64,000 nucleotides of DNA, taken from positions 204,168,001-204,232,000 of the forward strand of contig NC_058368.1 of the NCBI RefSeq assembly GCF_018350175.1. Direction: 5' to 3'. The notes under the pieces were generated by a model. The model ran no database searches and had not been told where the DNA came from. It saw nothing but the letters and a program-made list of their open reading frames with translations. The DNA comes from Felis catus. Taxonomy: Eukaryota. The translations under genes and the position numbers were made by a program. Shown here piece after piece: positions 37,001-46,646 of this stretch (positions are counted from its first letter, which is position 1; every line of letters starts with the position of its first letter).

Positions 37001-40000
37001 TGAAGGATTGGAAGAATTCTTCAGTTAAATGCAACCATGTTTATATCTTCTCTAACATTTCATTTTTATACTGTAAGCTTTCAGTTGGTTAGAAGGGAAA
37101 GATGGTTCTAGTTCACTACATAGTCTACAGTGTTCGTTACTGTGGGTTCCTACTAGCAGATACTAAGAGTTACATGGGTTTCGTTAATAGTAGGTCAGAG
37201 TTAATTAAAATCTAAATCTCCGCACACTTCCCCTTCCGGAAAAGAGACATTTATAGAAAGATTGCTTTCATTGTGACCAGTGGGATTGCAGAATGAGCAA
37301 GAGAAATTTTTCCCCTTTGATACAAATTACTACCAGCTTGTTGGGAATTTTCCCATCTGTTTCCCCTGGATAGCAGGTGCTCACTATCCTGTGCCTCAGG
37401 AAGTGGGAAGAATGACTGCTTAACTTTCAACTTTAAATTAGGAAAACATTCGGGACATCTGGGTGGCTCAGTCGGTTAAGTGTCTGACTTTGGCTCAGGT
37501 CATGACCTCACAGTTCGTGAGTTCAAGCCCCACATCATCAGGCTGTGTGCTGACAGCTCAGAGCCTGGTGCCTGCTTCAGATGCTGTCTCTCTCTGCCTC
37601 CCTCTCTCTCTCTGCCTCCCTCTCTCTCTCTGCCTCCCTCTCTCTCTCTGCCTCCCTCTCTCTCTCTGCCTCCCTCTCTCTCTCTGCCTCCCTCTCTCTC
37701 TCTGCCTCCCTCTCTCTCTCTGCCTCCCTCTCTCTCTCTGCCTCCCTCTCTCTCTCTGCCTCCCTCTCTCTCTCTCTGCCTCCCTCTCTCTCTCTGCCTC
37801 CCTCTCTCTGCCTCCCTCTCTCTGCCTCCCTCTCTCTCTCTGCCTCCCTCTCTCTCTCTGCCTCCCTCCCTCTCTCTGCCTCCCTCCCTCCCTCTCTCTG
37901 CCTCCCTCCCTCCCTCTCTCTGCCTCCCTCCCTCCCTCTCTCTGCCTCCCTCCCTCCCTCTCTCTGCCTCCCTCCCTCCCTCTCTCTGCCTCCCTCCCTC
38001 TCTCTCTCTGCCTCCCTCCCTCTCTCTCTCTGCCTCCCTCCCTCTCTCTCTCTGCCTCCCTCCCTCTCTCTCTCTGCCTCCCTCCCTCTCTCTCTCTGCC
38101 TCCCTCCCTCTCTCTCTCTGCCTCCCTCCCTCTCTCTCTCTGCCTCCCTCCCTCTCTCTCTCTGCCTCCCTCCCTCTCTCTCTCTGCCTCCCTCCCTCTC
38201 TCTCTCTGCCTCCCTCCCTCTCTCTCTCTGCCTCCCTCCCTCTCTCTCTCTGCCTCCCTCCCTCTCTCTCTCTGCCTCCCTCCCTCTCTCTCTCTGCCTC
38301 CCTCCCTCTCTCTCTCTGCCTCCCTCCCTCTCTCTCTCTGCCTCCCTCCCTCTCTCTCTCTGCCTCCCTCCCTCTCTCTCTCTGCCTCCCTCCCTCTCTC
38401 TCTCTGCCTCCCTCCCTCTCTCTCTCTGCCTCCCTCCCTCTCTCTCTCTCTGCCTCCCTCCCTCTCTCTCTCTCTGCCTCCCTCCCTCTCTCTCTCTCTG
38501 CCTCCCTCCCTCTCTCTCTCTCTGCCTCCCTCCCTCTCTCTGCCTCCCTCCCTCTCTCTCTCTGCCTCCCTCCCTCTCTCTCTCTGCCTCCCTCCCTCTC
38601 TCTCTCTGCCTCCCTCCCTCTCTCTCTCTGCCTCCCTCCCTCTCTCTCTCTGCCTCCCTCCCTCTCTCTCTCTGCCTCCCTCCCTCTCTCTCTCTGCCTC
38701 CCTCCCTCTCTCTCTCTGCCTCCCTCCCTCTCTCTCTCTGCCTCCCTCCCTCTCTCTCTCTGCCTCCCTCCCTCTCTCTCTCTGCCTCTCTCTCTCTGCC
38801 TCTCTGCCTCCCTCTCTGCCTCCCTCTCTGCCTCCCTCTCTGCCTCCCTCTCTGCCTCCCTCTCTGCCTCCCTCTCTGCCTCCCTCTCTGCCTCCCTCTC
38901 TGCCTCCCTCTCTCTCTGCCTCCCTCTCTGCCTCCCTCTCTCTCTGCCTCCCTCTCTGCCTCCCTCTCTCTCTGCCTCCCTCTCTGCCTCCCTCTCTCTC
39001 TGCCTCCCTCTCTGCCTCCCTCTCTCTCTGCCTCCCTCTCTGCCTCCCTCTCTCTCTGCCTCCCTCTCTGCCTCCCTCTCTGCCTCCCTCTCTCTCTGCC
39101 TCCCTCTCTGCCTCCCTCTCTCTCTGCCTCCCTCTCTCTCTGCCTCCCTCTCTGCCTCCCTCTCTGCCTCCCTCTCTGCCTCCCTCTCTGCCTCCCTCTC
39201 TGCCTCCCTCTCTGCCTCCCTCTCTGCCTCCCTCTCTGCCTCCCTCTCTGCCTCCCTCTCTGCCTCCCTCTCTGCCTCCCTCTCTGCCTCCCTCTCTGCC
39301 TCCCTCTCTGCCTCCCTCTCTGCCTCCCTCTCTGCCTCCCTCTCTGCCTCCCTCTCTGCCTCCCTCTCTGCCTCCCTCTCTGCCTCCCTCTCTGCCTCCC
39401 TCTCTGCCTCCCTCTCTGCCTCCCTCTCTGCCTCCCTCTCTGCCTCCCTCTCTGCCTCCCTCTCTGCCTCCCTCTCTGCCTCCCTCTCTGCCTCCCTCTC
39501 TGCCTCCCTCTCTGCCTCCCTCTCTGCCTCCCTCTCTGCCTCCCTCTCTGCCTCCCTCTCTGCCTCCCTCTCTGCCTCCCTCTCTGCCTCCCTCTCTGCC
39601 TCCCTCTCTGCCTCTGCCTCCCTCTCTGCCTCCCTCTCTGCCTCCCTCTCTGCCTCCCTCTCTGCCTCCCTCTCTGCCTCCCTCTCTGCCTCCCTCTCTG
39701 CCTCCCTCTCTGCCTCCCTCTCTGCCTCCCTCTCTGCCTCCCTCTCTGCCTCCCTCTCTGCCTCCCTCTCTGCCTCCCTCTCTGCCTCCCTCTCTGCCTC
39801 CCTCTCTGCCTCCCTCTCTGCCTCCCTCTCTGCCTCCCTCTCTGCCTCCCTCTCTGCCTCCCTCTCTGCCTCCCTCTCTGCCTCCCTCTCTGCCTCCCTC
39901 TCTGCCTCCCTCTCTCTCCCTCTCTCTCCCTCTCTCTCCCTCTCTCTCCCTCTCTCTCCCTCTCTCTCCCTCTCTCTCCCTCTCTCTCCCTCTCTCTCCC

Positions 40001-43000
40001 TCTCTCTCCCTCTCTCTCCCTCTCTCTCCCTCTCTCTCCCTCTCTCTCCCTCTCTCTCCCTCTCTCTCTCCCTCTCTCTCCCTCTCTCTCCCTCTCTCTC
40101 CCTCTCTCTCCCTCTCTCTCCCTCTCTCTCCCTCTCTCTCCCTCTCTCTCCCTCTCTCTCCCTCTCTCTCCCTCTCTCTCCCTCTCTCTCCCTCTCTCTC
40201 CCTCTCTCTCCCCTCTCTCCCTCCCTCTCTCTCCCTCTCTCTCCCTCTCTCTCCCTCTCTCTCCCTCTCTCTCCCTCTCTCTCCCTCTCTCTCCCTCTCT
40301 CTCCCTCTCTCTCCCTCTCTCTCCCTCTCTCTCCCTCTCTCTCCCTCTCTCTCCCTCTCTCTCTCCCTCTCTCTCCCTCTCTCTCCCTCTCTCTCCCTCT
40401 CTCTCTCTCCCTCTCTCTCCCTCTCTCTCCCTCTCTCTCCCTCTCTCTCCCTCTCTCTCCCTCTCTCTCCCTCTCTCTCCCTCTCTCTCCCTCTCTCTCC
40501 CTCTCTCTCCCTCTCTCTCCCTCTCTCTCCCTCTCTCTCCCTCTCTCTCCCTCTCTCTCTCTCTCCCTCTCTCTCCCTCTCTCTCCCTCTCTCTCCCTCT
40601 CTCTCCCTCTCTCTCCCTCTCTCTCCCTCTCTCTCCCTCTCTCTCCCTCTCTCTCCCTCTCTCTCCCTCTCTCTCCCTCTCTCTCCCTCTCTCTCCCTCT
40701 CTCTCCCTCTCTCTCCCTCTCTCTCCCTCTCTCTCCCTCTCTCTCCCTCTCTCTCCCTCTCTCTCCCTCTCTCTCCCTCTCTCTCCCTCTCTCTCCCTCT
40801 CTCTCCCTCTCTCTCCCTCTCTCTCCCTCTGCCCCCCTCTGCCCCGGCAAGTTTCTTTGTTATCCGTCTTTGCCACCAGAGTGTTTCGCACTTTATTTTT
40901 TCTTGGTCTACCTTTTGCTTGGGATATCCGCCCTTGGAGGGTGCTGGATTTGTGCACGGAGAGGTGGGCATGGGCATGAATTCCATGTCCCTGTTTCACA
41001 TGGACCCAGGACCTTGCTTTCTGACCTTCTGTGGGTTTTTCAGTCCAGTCCCCTTTGTTGCTGAGAGCGTGTGGTCTACAGCCTCCTGGCTGCAGTAGGG
41101 AGGTATGGTTTTCAGGTATCTTTTTGTTTGTTTTTTGGTGACTTGGTTTGCTTTTTTATGAACCCCCTCTGTTACATGTCAAAGAACGTTTGTCTTCTCT
41201 ATTACTCAAGGATCTGTTGCAGGAAGATTTTATAGTTAAATTTGTCTCTAAATTGCCAAAACCAGATGTCAAAATATCCCCAACTCTTTAAGCTGGAATT
41301 AGTTTTCTAGAGACTGGCAATCTTGGAAAAATAAGTTCTAATGTAATTATCCTGTTGAAATATGAGGTATCTGTTTAAGGTAACTAGTTTGAATACACAC
41401 TGATCTTTTTCTCATTCAGAGAGGTACTCAGTATGAACATGCTACTCTTAAAAGACACGTAGTAACTCTATATAAGGCAGTTGGCCTATGGGGAGCTATA
41501 ATACTACCTGTATTGCCTTGGAAGAACCCAACCAAGGGAAAGTTAGTATAGTTGAAACATTTATCAAGTAGCTACCTTCCAGCTGTCTCTAAGGAAAGGG
41601 AAGAAAAGAAAATCCCCTGTGCTCAGAACCTTTGCTAGGTTAGCTAATTTGATTGAGAAACATGGGCCAGTGGCTGTTAGCGGCTAGCCACCTAGCTCAC
41701 TTTACTTTCTTGGGGAAAAGTAAGGGGACCCAGAGGCCAGGCTATTTGATTGAAATCCTTCCTTGTGAAAGAGGTTTGGAAGAACATGTACTTTCCCAAC
41801 AAGTTACGTAGCTGGTATTTTGTCTTCTGGAATGAAGCAGCAGAGAATATAAGCAGCCTACACCTTGGCTGTGACCTGTACTCTGGTATATTCACGGTGA
41901 CTTTGATTTGCAACACGTAGTTAGACGAATATTATAACTAAGCTCTATGGGCATGCAGGTAGCAAAAGCAAGCCTATTAGAATGTAAATTTTGTAAAAAG
42001 CTAATAAAATGTGATTGGTAGCTCACTCCTGTTTAAGCCTTGGATCTACTTAAAACTCCTAATATTAAAAACAATTTTTAAGGAAAACTGGCCTTTTTTG
42101 ACTTTTGTCAGCATTTAACTAAAAAAAACTTTTTACAGATTACCAAGAGAAATATCAAGAGTTACTTGAAAGAGAAGATTTTTTTCCAGATTATGAAGAA
42201 AATGGGACAGATTTATCAGGGGCTGGTGATCCGTAAGTTCTCTTTTTTCTGCTTTCTTTGTGATGTTTCTATGGCTACAGTTTGTAGATGTTTAGGTTAG
42301 AAGAAGGTAGATGAAGAATGCACGTTGTGATTTGATGGTGTCACAGTGATATGTACATACTACTTGTCTACCAAAAACTTTCAAGAAATCCTATTAGAAC
42401 ACATAAACTACAATTCTGAAACGTTATATATATCTGAAGGGGAAAAACTTAAAATAGTAGTATACTCAAGCGTAGTTTTATAAAGTAGATTACTTCAGCT
42501 CGAATACTGTAAGATCTTGGGCAGGTGCTATGCCTGTTACTTCATCTGTAAAGTAGGGATAGCAGACCCCTCTTTGAGTTTTGAGGACTAAGTGAGAAAC
42601 CTAGAACCACCTCCTGGCACACAGTAAAAAGCTCAGATCTCAGCTGTTAAAGGATAAATTAAGATTAAGGAGAACACCGATAATGACATAATAGTGTTTG
42701 GACTAAAGGGAAGGTGTGAGATATTCACATATCTCTATCTCTCTCCCTGCTATTATTTGTAATAAAAGAAACTTTTGTCACACCCTTACCATCAGATTGC
42801 ATTGTGTTTGGTTACAGAAGAACCAAGAACTTGAGAGGTTTAGTTCTAGCTCTTAATAGTTTATACGAATTTGGACAAGTTACTCAAGTTCTCTTCCTAA
42901 GTGGAGGAATGAATGAACTAAATCTGACTTAATTTTTCTTATCTCCTCTTTCATGTGTGCTGTAGGTTTTAAAGTGAACCACCTTTATTTTCTCTGCTAT

Positions 43001-44313
43001 CTAGTGAAATCTTAAGTCCATTTGAGATCTTCTAATATTACCATACTTTTACATAGTAGTTCATTAAAAAAAATAATAATAATAACAGGGATGTAAGGAC
43101 TCCAAAACCGTTAAGAAGGTTCACCCCTGCTGGGTATACCACTGTAAGTTCAAATTGTTCTTGGCCTTGAATTTCAGGTTGTCCTGTGAAGTTTTGCTTG
43201 GTCAGTATTACATGCTCTGACACTAACACACTGGTGGCCATTTCAGCACATGGCCTTGTACTGGAAATGGAGGAACAAAATGAAAAAGTTGATAGAACTG
43301 GCAAGATAGTTTCGTCACACATGTAGTGCAAGGGGTTTTTGCGAGGTGGGGAGACACATAGATAGCATGTTGTTGTAGAGGAAAAGTATAGAAAAGGGAA
43401 AATATTTCTGGCTGTGCCACACACTTACCCAAATCTTACAGTATTTACTTAACCTCCCAAAGTCTTTTTTCTTTTATCTCTAAAATGGAGATGGTAAGGG
43501 TGCCTGGCTGCTGAGTCCATAGAACATGTGACTCTTGATCTCGAGGTTGTGAGTTCAAGCCCCACATTGAGCATAGAGATTACTTTAAAAAAAAAAATGG
43601 AGATGAGAAATATGGAAATGATAGTAGTACCTGTCTTTTTAAGATGGCTGTGGGTTTTCAGTAAGAATGTATATTATTAAATCAATAATCATTTTAAACT
43701 TTCCACCCATACTTAACCATGGAAAGCTTTGTTTTCCATCATTTTAAACTACCTAATAGTTGAAAAAATTCTGAGATAGATGATCTCGAAAGTAGCTTAT
43801 TATGAAAGTGATTCCAAATAAATGGGAACGTGACTAAATTATTTCAGGAATACCATTCTGATAAGTAGACATAAAATGTATCATTAGAGATAAATGGTAC
43901 ATCTGAAATTATGTTCTAATTATAGTGTGATTGTTAATAAGATAAATTTATGAAAATGCTAATCTTGAGCCCCCAAATTTATAGTTCAAGCATTTAAATT
44001 AACTTTTAGGTTAGGTTAAGAATTTAACATGTGTCACAGTGCCTGGCTGGCTCAGTCGGTAGTGCATGAGACTCTTGATCTCAGGGTTGTGAGTTCGAGC
44101 ACCACTTGGGGTGTAGAGATTACTTAGGTTAAATTTTTAAGTTTTAATTTATGTCTAAAAGTATGACAGAAGCTTAACTTCAAACACAAGAGACTCAGAA
44201 TCCGGTGTAAAATTGAATTTCCCAGATAAGGCATTTAGTTGTCTAAGGGCTGACATGTATGTGATTCAGGAAAGTACATGCATTCTCTAACAGTCTAAGA
44301 TAGTTACAGTACC

Positions 44314-44360
<47 letters not shown>

Positions 44361-44522
44361 TTTAGCATTTTAGATATTTCTGAATTGAAAAACATTAAAC
44401 TTATGAATCATCTTTACTTCTTTCATAGATACTTGGATGATATTGATGATGAGATGGACCCAGAGATAGAAGAAGCTTATGAAAAGTTTTGTTTGGAATC
44501 AGAGCGTAAGCGAAAACAGTAA
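15334..44522 (+). CDS. PAIP1: Poly(A)-binding protein-interacting protein 1, full spliced CDS: join(15334-15601,16191-16360,25032-25217,28625-28737,31987-32098,34073-34198,35234-35340,35851-35968,36727-36781,42139-42232,44429-44522); 480 aa
   Basis: Manual splicing: every intron is GT..AG, phases are consistent, and the total is 1443 nt (480 codons + TAA). The protein runs [10 protein letters not shown]...[14 protein letters not shown] (PAM2)...helical MIF4G region...[17 protein letters not shown], matching mammalian PAIP1 as recalled. Confidence 0.98.
16191..16360 (+). CDS. PAIP1: PAIP1 exon 2 (PAM2 motif at 16301-16342; internal ATG at 16262)
   Basis: Acceptor ttttcctttctcag|AG; (E)[56 protein letters not shown]; donor ACA|GTAAGT; 170 nt. 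Confidence 0.97.
16667..23846. mobile_element. CAN-SINE cluster in PAIP1 intron 2: + 16667-16880, 18612-18838; - 17720-17822, 17965-18055, 18235-18432, 20430-20616, 22550-22748, 23535-23741, 23745-23846; antisense L1 remnants ~17370-18480
   Basis: Recurrent CAN-SINE head/CT/A-tail motifs on both strands; coordinates approximate. Confidence 0.85.
25032..25217 (+). CDS. PAIP1: PAIP1 exon 3
   Basis: Poly-T tract...ctatag|[65 protein letters not shown]; donor CAG|GTAGGT; 186 nt. Confidence 0.97.
26440..27495 (+). mobile_element. Ancient HAL1/L1M-like fragment
   Basis: aaaatggcagatt 5'-type start and ttgaaagtggttgtctgtggag...aagccttgtagagc...ttttaagttgtatg 3'-type end; highly diverged. Confidence 0.4.
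28625..28737 (+). CDS. PAIP1: PAIP1 exon 4
   Basis: ttctttttgaaag|[40 protein letters not shown](R); donor AAG|GTCAGT; 113 nt. Confidence 0.97.
30165..30332. mobile_element. MER5A-like hAT-Charlie fossil
   Basis: ctcacccctggctgtacgttaaagttaccca...tctgatgtaattggactgaggtggagcctggg..ttttaaagctccccaaatgatt...ggttgaaaacctct. Confidence 0.7.
31987..32098 (+). CDS. PAIP1: PAIP1 exon 5
   Basis: tcttcattag|[38 protein letters not shown] (MIF4G FLGELY motif); donor GAG|GTGAGG; 112 nt. Confidence 0.97.
32976..33874. mobile_element. CAN-SINEs in PAIP1 intron 5: + 32976-33124; - 33470-33641; - 33690-33874
   Basis: SINE heads/tails; TSD-like aaaatgtgctgtaa flanking the + copy. Confidence 0.9.
34073..34198 (+). 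CDS. PAIP1: PAIP1 exon 6
   Basis: ctttcccaaaag|[45 protein letters not shown]; donor AAG|GTAGGT; 126 nt. Confidence 0.97.
35234..35340 (+). CDS. PAIP1: PAIP1 exon 7
   Basis: gcttttttag|[38 protein letters not shown](R); donor CAG|GTAGGT; 107 nt. Confidence 0.97.
35851..35968 (+). CDS. PAIP1: PAIP1 exon 8
   Basis: ctgtctgcag|[40 protein letters not shown]; donor ATG|GTATGC; 118 nt. Confidence 0.97.
36727..36781 (+). CDS. PAIP1: PAIP1 exon 9
   Basis: ttcatcctag|[21 protein letters not shown]; donor CAG|GTATGT; 55 nt. Confidence 0.96.
37451..37600 (+). mobile_element. CAN-SINE (SINEC_Fc-like) head whose CT tract runs into the giant array; no poly(A) tail
   Basis: gggacatctgggtggctcagtcggttaag...gagttcaagccccac...gacagctcagagcctgg...gcttcagatgctgtctc. 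Confidence 0.92.
37582..40848. repeat. Giant compound polypyrimidine/polypurine tandem array (18-, 22-, 12/16- and 10-nt units)
   Basis: No A on the + strand from 37582 to 40848; units GCCTCCCTCTCTCTCTCT, GCCTCCCTCCCTCTCTCTCTCT, GCCTCCCTCTCT, CCCTCTCTCT. Confidence 0.99.
42139..42232 (+). CDS. PAIP1: PAIP1 exon 10
   Basis: ctttttacag|AT; (D)[30 protein letters not shown](P); donor CC|GTAAGT; 94 nt. Confidence 0.97.
43498..44126 (+). mobile_element. Two short CAN-SINEs (43498-43597, 44038-44126)
   Basis: gtgcctggctg...gactcttgatctc..ggttgtgagttc..agc...tagagattactt. Confidence 0.8.
44318..44359. repeat. (TG)n microsatellite, ~21 units
   Basis: Direct reading. Confidence 0.98.
44429..44522 (+). 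CDS. PAIP1: PAIP1 last coding exon (acidic PAM1 C-terminus)
   Basis: ttctttcatag|[34 protein letters not shown]. Confidence 0.97.
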
Positions 44523-44683
44523 AGCTAAATTTCAACATATCAGTTTTATAAAGCAGTTTAGGTTATGGCGATTTAGCAGAACACAGGAAAGCAGGAAAAT
44601 GTGTCACACTTATACCAAATTAAGGATGTTGAGTTATGTTACTAATGTATGCAACTTTAATTTTGTTTAACACTATCTGCCAA

Positions 44684-44790
44684 AATAAACTTTATTCCCT
44701 ATAACTTAAAATGTGTATATATATATAATAGTTTATTATGTACAGTTAATTCCACTGTTTTGGCTGCAATAAAATCGATTTTGAAATAAA
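44684..44790 (+). terminator. Proximal polyadenylation signal cluster of PAIP1
   Basis: AATAAA at 44684-44689, 44768-44773 and 44785-44790. Confidence 0.55.
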
Positions 44791-45606
44791 TGAAATGTTG
44801 AAAGTAAATTTTGCTAGTTGGTTAGAAGCTTATCCTTTAAATTCTACTTTTCTTGAGGGAAAAAGTTTTAGGCTGGAAATACATATTATTGCAAAATGTA
44901 GCATCCTTTTTTAGATGAGTATATAGCTTTCATTTAGTTTTACATGGTCTCAATGAATGGGTTTCAGATATGAATCACAACCATGAAAATCTTTAGCACT
45001 AAAGTCTTAGAATATATCATTAAGCGATATACATATCCAAATGCTGTTTGATACCAAGGGCTTTTAACATGTCAAAAAAAACCCCACAAAAACTTAAAAC
45101 TCCCAACTAAACAACCAGGATTCTTCATTGAGCATTTATTGCGATTCTAGAATTGAGTTTTTTTGTTGTTGTTGTTTTTTGTTTGTTTTCTAACTTCATT
45201 GCCCTAAAGCCAACAACATTCTGCTTTATTTATATGGCTTTCATTTTTATTTTGTAGCATGAGTTGCATTGACTTTTTTACTAGAGAATTTTACTAGATC
45301 TTTGTCATTCAGGTTTTCATCTGCTTTATAATTGATACACCTTGAGGATCACTTTTCTAATACTTTTACTATAATGTAGTACCACCTCAGCCCTATTTAA
45401 AAATATTTTTACCTAACGTCAAGTCTTTTTCCAACTAACTATAAAAGTAAAACTTCTGTACAAAAGGATTGCTTGTAAATAATGCATGTAAATAGTTCTG
45501 TTAATAACCCACTGTTTTACATTTGGTACATCTGTGTCTGCTAATACAGTTAGGTTTCTCACTTTTCTGCTTGTTTGTTCAGTCTGGATTAAAATTAGAC
45601 TTTGAA

Positions 45607-45612
45607 AATAAA
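45607..45612 (+). terminator. Distal polyadenylation signal AATAAA of PAIP1
   Basis: AATAAA with upstream TGTA elements (45474, 45487) and downstream T/GT-rich tract (agtttttgtttcctctaagtttttgg). Confidence 0.7.
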
Positions 45613-46149
45613 ATTTAAATAGTTTTGTTTCCTCTAAGTTTTTGGAGTGATATCCTGATATTAAAGAATATCTGTTGAACTTTTATGTGACATTGTAAAA
45701 GGGTTTGAAATCAAACTATACTAGGAGAGGAGATATTCTGTTCAGTGTGTGTGTTATTTAGTTCAATAACAAGTCTGCTTGGGAAAATTAACAAATGTAA
45801 AATACTTTTTAGATTCCTTATTGTAAAAGGGAAGTATATACATAGTTGGGGTTTTTGGAACTTGTAGTAGGATTCTCTTTTTCAGAATGGCTGGCTCCTG
45901 CGACATGGTAGATAATTACCTTCATCTGCAGTTCTCCAAGGACTGTACTCAGTGTAAATCTTGGGGGTGGGGAAAAGGGTGTAAGGAAGGGGCAGTACAT
46001 TAGACCAGGGACCAAGTACATCATAGCTGAGTATGCTATAAACTTCTAGCAGTTGCTCTGTGAATAACCGTCCAGCTTTGTCCACTAGCTCATTGTCACT
46101 CACCACTGCTATACTCAACAGGTACCAATAGGCCCTGGTTCACTTCCAG

Positions 46150-46646
46150 TGTGTTCCAGTTAACTAGTGCTGCCTAAAAAACCACCCAAACTTAGTGTCT
46201 TCAAACAATAAGCATCTTAGGAGTTCTTTGGTTCAGTGATTTGGATGGTGCACAATAGGGATAGTTGTGGGTTTGTGTCTTGTTTTTCTATTCTGCAATG
46301 TTTGAGGCCTCAACCAGGAAAACTGCTGGAGGCAGTTCCAACAGCCGGGGGCTGTAATCATCTTGAGTCTTCTTCACTCACATGGCTGATGACTGGGCTG
46401 AGATGAGTTGAAGATATTACTTGGCCAGACCCATCTACACATGGCCTGTCCATGTGGCCTGGACTTTTCACAAACATGGCAGCTGGATTTTGAGAGGGGG
46501 CATTGTAGAAGACCTAGGAAGAAGCTGCATCTGGAAGGTGCACACAGCATTTTTTCCATTAGAGTCTTGGTTCTAAGTGAGTCATTAAAGCCATATCAGA
46601 TAGGAGGCCATTAAGAAATATGCGGACCTGTTTTAAACTGCAACAG
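46150..46646 (-). mobile_element. Old MLT1-type (MaLR) solo LTR
   Basis: tgctgcctaaaaaaccacccaaacttagtg...cttcttcactcacatggctg...tccatgtggcctggacttttcacaaacatggcagctgg...gttttaaactgcaaca. Confidence 0.7.

Larger units (their letters stand above)
44523..45630 (+). other. PAIP1: PAIP1 3'UTR (AU-rich, ~1.1 kb, no recognisable transposons)
   Basis: Follows the stop codon; AT-rich; ends near ATTAAA 45588-45593 and AATAAA 45607-45612 followed by GT/T-rich sequence. The 3' end is estimated. Confidence 0.75.

Noticed and set aside
37582..40848. CRISPR-like or centromeric/telomeric array
   Set aside because: No unique spacers, mammalian intronic context, and the units are CT-microsatellite derivatives rather than TTAGGG or satellite monomers.
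37463..41098. Six ORFs of 1116-1211 aa (poly-SLP / poly-REG)
   Set aside because: Artefacts of composition: the + strand has no A so cannot form stops, and the - strand has no T so cannot either. They are low-complexity, intronic and begin in SINE or flank sequence.
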